From the IMG/VR virus record IMGVR_UViG_3300043394_000609: DNA of 64,000 bases; one strand, given 5' to 3'. The DNA comes from a virus. Its lineage: Duplodnaviria; Caudoviricetes. Numbering within the stretch: the first letter of the stretch is position 1; each line of letters opens with the position of its first letter. This document shows, piece after piece, positions 57,704 to 64,000 of this stretch. The translations under genes were made by a program, and so were the position numbers. The notes beneath the pieces were generated by a model, which was not told where the DNA came from, made no database searches, and saw only the letters and a program-made list of their open reading frames with translations.

Positions 57704-60109
57704 TTATGAACCACAACCTTCGCATTCGAATGGAGAATCCGTTGGTCTTTCAGTCACCATAACTAATTCAGGTGTATTTTCACTAATAATTGCATTTGTT
57801 GCTGGTTGTTCGATTGGTTTTGCTGTTGACAAATCCATACCTAACCCTTTTAACGCATCAACTGCTGATCTTGTTCTTAGATAATACATTCCGGTTTTTA
57901 AACCTAATTTCCAACCATATAAGTGAGCCGCCAATAATTTTGGTTTGGTTGCGTTATCAATAAATAAGTTCAATGATTGTGATTGATCAATAAACACACT
58001 ACGATTCGCTGCCATTGCCAAAATACGTTTTTGTGACATCTCCCAAACGGTTTTGTACACTTCCTTAACTTCGGTCGGAATTTCTGGAATGTTTTGTACA
58101 GAACCATTTTCCATCATCAATTTCTTTTTAATGTCATCATTCCATAGATTAAGTTTCAATAACTCATTTACCAAATGTTTGTTAATAACAATAAACTCAC
58201 CACCTAATGTTCTACGAGTATATAAGTTAGTTGTAAAAGGTTCAAATGCTTCATTATTACCTAAAATTTGAGCTGTCGATGCCGTTGGCATAGGCGCAAC
58301 TAATAATGAATTTCTAACACCATAGTTAACAATCTCTCTTCTCAATGATTTCCAATCCCATCTACCAGATAAATCTTCATCTGTTTTACCCCACATTTGG
58401 AATTGCAAAATTCCTTTTTCAATTGGTGATCCACTAATACTTTCGTATGGACCAACAACTTTAGAAATTTCATTAGATGATGTTAAAGCGGCAAAATAAA
58501 TAGTTTCAAAAATTTCTGTTTGTAATTTATCCGCTTCTTCACTTTCAAATGGTAAACCTAGCATACAGAACACATCCGCTAATCCTTGGATACCTAAACC
58601 AACTGGTCTATGTCTAAAATTAGATAATTTAGTTTCTTTAGTTGGATAAAAATTTAAGTTAATAACGTTATTTAAATTTTTAACTACTTGAAATGTCATG
58701 TCATATAACAATTCATGATCAAAAACACCATCAATTACATATTTTGGTAAAGCAATTGAAGCTAAGTTACAAACTGCTTGTTCTTCCGGTGAACTGTATT
58801 CAATAATTTCAGTACATAAGTTAGATGACTTAATGGTACCTAAGTTTTGTTGATTTGATTTGTAGTTCGCAGCATCTTTATACAACATATATGGTGTCCC
58901 AGTCTCAATTTGAGCTGTTAAGATAGAATCCATTAATTTTCTAGCTTTAACGACCTTTCTTGCTCTACCTTCAGATTCATATTGTTCATATAAACGAGTA
59001 AATGCTTTATCTGTTGGTGAATCAACAGCATCAGATAAACCTGGTGCCTCATCTGGTGAAAATAACGACCAATCCCCATCTTGTTCAACACGTTCCATGA
59101 ATAAATCTGGAGTCCACATTGCCAAAAATAGATCTCTTGCTCTTAATTCTTCTTTACCATGGTTTTTTCTTAAATCAATAAACTCAAAAACATCAGCATG
59201 CCATGGTTCTAGATAGATAGCAAATGAACCTTTACGTTTACCACCTTGATTAATCCAACGAGCAACCTCATTATATGTTTTCATCATTGGTAATAAACCA
59301 TCGGACTCACCACCAGTTCCTTTAATGTACGACCCCTTTGCTCTTACGTCATGAACATGTAATCCAATACCACCAGCCCATTTAGAAATCTTAGCAACAT
59401 CTTTAACCGTATCAAATAAACCATCAATATCATCACCTTTGTTACCAATTAAGAAACAAGACGACATTTGTGGTCTTGGTGTTCCAGCGTTAAATAGTGT
59501 TGGTGTTGCATGCGTATAAAAATGAGTTGATAAATCATCATAGATTCTTAACGCCTCTTTTATGTCAAAATTACAAATACCAACAGCAACTCTCATGTAT
59601 GTATACTGAGGTCTTTCAACAATTTTCTTACCTATTTTAAGTAAGTAAGAACGTTCCAGTGTTTTAAACCCAAAATAATCAAAATCAAAATCACGATTTA
59701 AATTAATCGCATTATCAATAACTTCTTTGTTTTCCATCACGAATGAAAACACTTCATCTGAAATCAATGAGTTTTCTTTACCTGTTTTAGGGTCAATGAA
59801 ATGATGTAATTCTTTAATCGCCTGAGAAAATTTCTTAGGTGTTGTTTTATGTAAATTAGTCACCGCTAATCTACCTGCTAATTTAGCATAATCTGGATGA
59901 GTTGTTGTCATAGAAGCCGCAGTTTCTGCAGCTAATGTATCCAACTCAGAAGAAGAAATACCATCATATATTCCTTGTGTTACCTTTAAGGTAATTAAGG
60001 TTGGATCAACATATTCCATGTTAAGATCATTACAAAGAGCTGTTATTCTCCTTGTAATTTTATCATACCTCATTTCTTCTAACTCACCGTTTCTCTTTTT
60101 TACTTTCAT
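57704..60109 (-). CDS. nrdA: Ribonucleotide reductase class Ia large subunit with ATP cone
   Basis: VKKRNG ATP cone, ATPTLFNAG, SSCF, SNLCTEI, AVCNLAS, MPTAST, KTGMYYLR, C-terminal CEGCGS. Confidence 0.98.
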   Translation of the reverse strand: MKVKKRNGELEEMRYDKITRRITALCNDLNMEYVDPTLITLKVTQGIYDGISSSELDTLAAETAASMTTTHPDYAKLAGRLAVTNLHKTTPKKFSQAIKELHHFIDPKTGKENSLISDEVFSFVMENKEVIDNAINLNRDFDFDYFGFKTLERSYLLKIGKKIVERPQYTYMRVAVGICNFDIKEALRIYDDLSTHFYTHATPTLFNAGTPRPQMSSCFLIGNKGDDIDGLFDTVKDVAKISKWAGGIGLHVHDVRAKGSYIKGTGGESDGLLPMMKTYNEVARWINQGGKRKGSFAIYLEPWHADVFEFIDLRKNHGKEELRARDLFLAMWTPDLFMERVEQDGDWSLFSPDEAPGLSDAVDSPTDKAFTRLYEQYESEGRARKVVKARKLMDSILTAQIETGTPYMLYKDAANYKSNQQNLGTIKSSNLCTEIIEYSSPEEQAVCNLASIALPKYVIDGVFDHELLYDMTFQVVKNLNNVINLNFYPTKETKLSNFRHRPVGLGIQGLADVFCMLGLPFESEEADKLQTEIFETIYFAALTSSNEISKVVGPYESISGSPIEKGILQFQMWGKTDEDLSGRWDWKSLRREIVNYGVRNSLLVAPMPTASTAQILGNNEAFEPFTTNLYTRRTLGGEFIVINKHLVNELLKLNLWNDDIKKKLMMENGSVQNIPEIPTEVKEVYKTVWEMSQKRILAMAANRSVFIDQSQSLNLFIDNATKPKLLAAHLYGWKLGLKTGMYYLRTRSAVDALKGLGMDLSTAKPIEQPATNAIISENTPELVMVTERPTDSPFECEGCGS

Positions 60110-60134
60110 CTATATTACTAAGTTTAAATTTTAA

Positions 60135-61106
60135 TTAAAAATCAACATCACCAAACGCTGAATCTAAATCTTCTGCGCCATTGTTTACCCCCGCTTTTTG
60201 GTATTCTGCCACTCTTTTTTCAAAGAAGTTAGTTTTACCCTGTAATGCAATGTTTTGCATAAAATCAAATGGATTCTCAGTGTTATATACTTTAGAACAT
60301 CCTAATGCCATTAATAATCTGTCAGTAACAAATTCAAGATATTGAGACATCAAATCAGAATTCATGCCAATTAATCTAACTGGCAACGCTTCAAGAATAA
60401 ATTCTTTTTCAATTTCTAACGCACCACAGATAATCTCTTTGATTCTCTTTTCATCAATTTTGTTTTCTATGTGTTGATTATAGATATGACAAGCAAAATC
60501 ACAGTGAACACCCTCATCTCTTGAAATTAATTCATTAGAGAATGTTAATCCAGGCATTAACCCTCTTTTCTTTAACCAGAAAATTGAACAGAATGACCCA
60601 GAGAAAAAGATACCTTCCACAGCAGCGAATGCAATCAAACGTTCAGCAAATGATTCTGATTCAATCCATTTTAATGCCCAATCCGCTTTCTTTTTAACGG
60701 CCGGTATTGTATCGACAGCGTTAAATAAGTATGTTTGTTCATCTTTATCTTTCACCAATGTGTCGATCAATAATGAATAGGTTTCGCTATGAATGTTTTC
60801 CATCATGATTTGGAATCCATAGAAAAATTTAGCTTCAGTATATTGAACTTCATTAACGAAGTTTATTGCTAAGTTTTCATTTACGATACCATCAGATGCA
60901 GCAAAGAATGCTAGTACGTGTTTAACGAAATGTTTCTCGTCATCATTTAATTTATTCTCCCAATCCAATGTGTCTTGTCCTAAATCAATTTCTTCTGCTG
61001 TCCAAAAAGACGCTTCAGATTGTTTATAAAATTTCCATAAATCGTCATGTTCGATAGGAAAAAGGACAAAACGTCCAGGATTATCTTGTAAGATTTTCTC
61101 AGTCAT
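60135..61106 (-). CDS. nrdB: Ribonucleotide reductase class Ia small subunit
   Basis: [22 protein letters not shown] (radical Tyr), [23 protein letters not shown]. Confidence 0.98.
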   Translation of the reverse strand: MTEKILQDNPGRFVLFPIEHDDLWKFYKQSEASFWTAEEIDLGQDTLDWENKLNDDEKHFVKHVLAFFAASDGIVNENLAINFVNEVQYTEAKFFYGFQIMMENIHSETYSLLIDTLVKDKDEQTYLFNAVDTIPAVKKKADWALKWIESESFAERLIAFAAVEGIFFSGSFCSIFWLKKRGLMPGLTFSNELISRDEGVHCDFACHIYNQHIENKIDEKRIKEIICGALEIEKEFILEALPVRLIGMNSDLMSQYLEFVTDRLLMALGCSKVYNTENPFDFMQNIALQGKTNFFEKRVAEYQKAGVNNGAEDLDSAFGDVDF

Positions 61107-61120
61107 AGTGTTTTTGTTTA

Positions 61121-62494
61121 TTATATTAATTGTTGTGATTTTTTGTAAATTTCCACTGCGCGGTTTCTTCTTTCTTCTTCTTTGTCTTCCTTGTGGCCCA
61201 ATAATGTATTTTGATAATCAGTGTCGATATCTAATAACGCATTATTAAATTTACAATTTTGGAATACAACACCGTCTTTACCAATACGTGATTTCAACAA
61301 TGTTAATGTACCTAAGTCATGCTCTTTTTGTTCTAGTGTTTTACCAATAGAAATAACTACGTGACCAATTTGGGCTTTCTTAATTGATCCACCCATTTGA
61401 TCTGTTGTAACAACCTCAGACGCAATAGATGCCCTATTACCTTGTGTTGCTGTCCATACCGCAATTTCAAATTCTGAAGTCATAGCCTCTAGTTGTCTCA
61501 TGATAGCACCATCACCTTTCCATTCTTCATTATATGAGCTTCTTTCTGGTGTAATACAATCAACGTAATCTAAAGTTACAATATCAACTTTAAATCCGTC
61601 AGCAATCATTTTTCTAATTTTAGATTTGATTTCACCCATAGTAACCGAATCACTTGGTAATTTCAATAATCTCAATTGACCCGTTGAATTAGTTTCAGCA
61701 GTAGTTACGGCTTCTTTAACTAGTTCGTAGTTAGCTGGCTGTTCATCCGGTACTATACCAGACCATATAGTATAGTGTTTTCTTTTTATGTTATTCACGT
61801 TATCCTCGAAGAAGATTTGAAGAACATTCTTACCATTCATGTAAGCTGTGTTAGAAAACTTAGTTAAAAGGGTTGTTTTACCGGTTCCCGTTGGGGCCAA
61901 AACGACCCCAAGTTCACCTTTACCTAAACCTCCGTTTAGTAAATTGTCAATTCCGGTAATCCCAGTTGCAATTGGTTCTCTTGCATCTTCTTTTAAAGCA
62001 TCAGCAATATTATCAAATACATCCTGCATATCGTGATTATCTTCACCAACTTGTAATGCTTTTTGTATGATCGATTCTATTTTGTGATACTCCTCAAACT
62101 CACCGTCATTTGTGATAGTTTCAACTTCTTTTAATGCCTTTTTTAATAATTGTTGCTTACAAAAATTTAAAGCTTTATCCTTGATAAAGGCATCGTTATT
62201 CTCTAAAACAAGACTTCTAATATTTTCGATTGTGTCCAGGTGCATCTTTAAAGATGTGTCTTTCCCATTTTCAGAAAGCATTTTTTGCTTTAATGTCTCA
62301 TATGTTGGTACCGCATTGTATGTTTCATAGTACTCCTTTAAATTCACCATAATGAATTTAAAACTAGCATTATCAAAATACGAGCTATCCATTACCTCAA
62401 TGATCGTGTCAGCAAAACGTTTCTCTTCAATGATTGTTTTCAACAACCCTTGCTGGAAAGTAATACCTAGATAACCAAAATTTTTCTCGTTCAT
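61121..62494 (-). CDS. DnaB/gp41-like replicative helicase
   Basis: [38 protein letters not shown]. Confidence 0.92.
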   Translation of the reverse strand: MNEKNFGYLGITFQQGLLKTIIEEKRFADTIIEVMDSSYFDNASFKFIMVNLKEYYETYNAVPTYETLKQKMLSENGKDTSLKMHLDTIENIRSLVLENNDAFIKDKALNFCKQQLLKKALKEVETITNDGEFEEYHKIESIIQKALQVGEDNHDMQDVFDNIADALKEDAREPIATGITGIDNLLNGGLGKGELGVVLAPTGTGKTTLLTKFSNTAYMNGKNVLQIFFEDNVNNIKRKHYTIWSGIVPDEQPANYELVKEAVTTAETNSTGQLRLLKLPSDSVTMGEIKSKIRKMIADGFKVDIVTLDYVDCITPERSSYNEEWKGDGAIMRQLEAMTSEFEIAVWTATQGNRASIASEVVTTDQMGGSIKKAQIGHVVISIGKTLEQKEHDLGTLTLLKSRIGKDGVVFQNCKFNNALLDIDTDYQNTLLGHKEDKEEERRNRAVEIYKKSQQLI

Positions 62495-62511
62495 TTTTTA
62501 TTTTTTATAAT

Positions 62512-62955
62512 TTACAAATTGTATTGAAGATACGTTGTCTCCGGTTGTCTCAATGATAACACGTCGGTTAAATCAGTTAGAATTTGTCGAAGTTTTGGTC
62601 GAATATCAACCGAGTATCTTACTTTTGGTGGATAATAATGCGCCGCAAATATCCTTTCAATAAATACTTCGTCATTCTGCTTGATTTGCAATAAAAAGTA
62701 TTGTTCTTCCGCTTCTTTAGGATCTTCCACATACTCCGAATTCAAGAAAAAATGTTGATTTTCGGATAAGTAATCGCAACTTTTATTTTTCAAATCTTCC
62801 GAAATTTCTGAACAAATATTTTTTACTTCATCATGCAAATCTAAAGATTTACGTGAAGCTGGGTTATAATCTTTTACATTAAAAAAACGTTGGCAGATTA
62901 TATTGCCATCTAAAGTTAATAAAAACTCAAATTTGTTTTGGTCTTGAATGTTCAT
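62512..62955 (-). CDS. Hypothetical protein
   Basis: 147-aa ORF between the nuclease and helicase genes. Confidence 0.7.
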   Translation of the reverse strand: MNIQDQNKFEFLLTLDGNIICQRFFNVKDYNPASRKSLDLHDEVKNICSEISEDLKNKSCDYLSENQHFFLNSEYVEDPKEAEEQYFLLQIKQNDEVFIERIFAAHYYPPKVRYSVDIRPKLRQILTDLTDVLSLRQPETTYLQYNL

Positions 62956-63010
62956 CTTTTAAAAATTTTAATTTATTTATTTTTCATTTATTATATGATG
63001 GTAAAGTTAA

Positions 63011-64000
63011 CTATTTTATTTTGAACTTAACAATTTTATTGTTCTTTTCTTTTCTAGTTAATCTTAGGTATGGATTTAAAAAACTAACCCACGCATCATT
63101 GTACTTTGGTAACATTGAAAATATACCATCTTCCATCATCATTTTCATACAATTTTTGTACGAACGACCTTCAGCGTCCAGATTATCTTTTTGTAATGAA
63201 ATAACTCCTTCTTTAGCTTCTTCAGTTAATATAGGTTCGTTAAGATTAACCATCTTATTGTTAATGATAAAAAATTCATCACCAAAGACCCCTTCTCTGG
63301 TTACACCAGTTAAAAAGTTTTGTATTAATTTATTATTTTTATCTTGTTCAAAAATAAGATTACCTTGTGCCCTAACTTCATCTAATGTTAGATGTTTTGT
63401 CTGGACTTCTGGGAATAGGGAAATTAGACGCTTTAATCCAAGATTTTTAATACCTGAAATATTATCTGAAGGATCTCCACATAAGATTTTAACCAACTCA
63501 ACATTTTCAATTGGGATTGGTATTTTATCATACTCAATGATACTGTTAGGGGTATATAATTTACCATGTGATGGATTATATAATGAAACATTATCATTTA
63601 CTAATTGTGCTAAATCACGATCAGATGAGTATATGATCTTTTTTTCATTTGGAGAATTTTGACAATAGTATGCAATACAATCATCTGATTCGCAATATTC
63701 AAATTCACCTTGGCGAACGTATAACTCTTCTAGATATTGTTTGATTCTATTTCTTTGATAGTCATATGAGTTTTGACCTTCTTCTGTTAATCGACTTTTA
63801 CGTCGATTCTCTTTGTATTGATGATAGATTTTTTTGCGTTCTTGAGACGAATCTTTTCCATCCCAAAAAACGCAAATTTTATCTAAGTGGTATGTTTCGA
63901 AAGACTTTCTTAACGTGTTTAAAAAATGGTAAATGCCGCCAATGTGTTCTCCTTTATGGAAAGCGTTTTTGACACCGTAAAACCCGATCGTTAATAAATT
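63011..64000 (-). CDS. 5'-3' exonuclease / RNase H (FEN family), 5' end outside the window
   Basis: Frame open from the window edge: NLLTIGFYG...VFWDG...YKENR...ESDDCIA...SSDRDL...GDPSDNISGI. Confidence 0.9.
   Translation of the reverse strand, partial: NLLTIGFYGVKNAFHKGEHIGGIYHFLNTLRKSFETYHLDKICVFWDGKDSSQERKKIYHQYKENRRKSRLTEEGQNSYDYQRNRIKQYLEELYVRQGEFEYCESDDCIAYYCQNSPNEKKIIYSSDRDLAQLVNDNVSLYNPSHGKLYTPNSIIEYDKIPIPIENVELVKILCGDPSDNISGIKNLGLKRLISLFPEVQTKHLTLDEVRAQGNLIFEQDKNNKLIQNFLTGVTREGVFGDEFFIINNKMVNLNEPILTEEAKEGVISLQKDNLDAEGRSYKNCMKMMMEDGIFSMLPKYNDAWVSFLNPYLRLTRKEKNNKIVKFKIK

Noticed and set aside
57704-62494. Introns or inteins in nrdA, nrdB or the helicase
   Set aside because: All are uninterrupted and of normal length with contiguous motifs.
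63021-63972. Plus-strand ORFs 63021..63662 and 63766..63972, and similar short nested or antisense ORFs elsewhere
   Set aside because: They overlap well-supported genes and have no motifs or expression signals.
1-64000. Stop-codon reassignment; tRNA or rRNA genes
   Set aside because: Code 11 gives full-length genes at high density, with TAG and TGA used as real stops; intergenic gaps are short and I recognised no cloverleaf.

Overview
AT-rich, gene-dense 64-kb segment of a large (jumbo-type) tailed phage with a contractile-tail baseplate, read in the standard genetic code and mostly on the minus strand. The host is probably Bacteroidota: there are TAnnTTTG/TTTG-type promoters, a Bacteroidota-type sigma70 paralog, Hc1, DUF6576-like, SprB-like and FISUMP domains, and generally no Shine-Dalgarno sites. 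From left to right: tail-fibre paralogs; Grx/Trx/AAA/NusG; small genes and acidic putative head-internal proteins; an envelope cluster (degenerate amidase, membrane protein, spanin-like genes) around a phage sigma factor; a Zn-ribbon gene, a GIY-YIG endonuclease and ClpP; SbcC/SbcD, PD-(D/E)XK nuclease, primase and RuvC-like resolvase; a ~28-kb baseplate/adhesin block with Thr-Pro linkers; then NrdAB, a DnaB-like helicase and a 5'-3' nuclease cut by the window edge. Main unexplained signals: (1) a single gene whose predicted transcript ends are complementary (11-bp panhandle) and whose leader folds into a three-way junction; (2) a probable -1 frameshift adding 76 aa to a membrane protein next to a catalytically dead amidase; (3) two promoter classes (host-like, and a TATTTAT motif at 17 sites) alongside phage sigma and NusG, with many near-leaderless starts; (4) an orphan sRNA; (5) a degenerate Hint domain in the baseplate protein. 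All calls come from manual motif recognition; no searches or folding programs were run.
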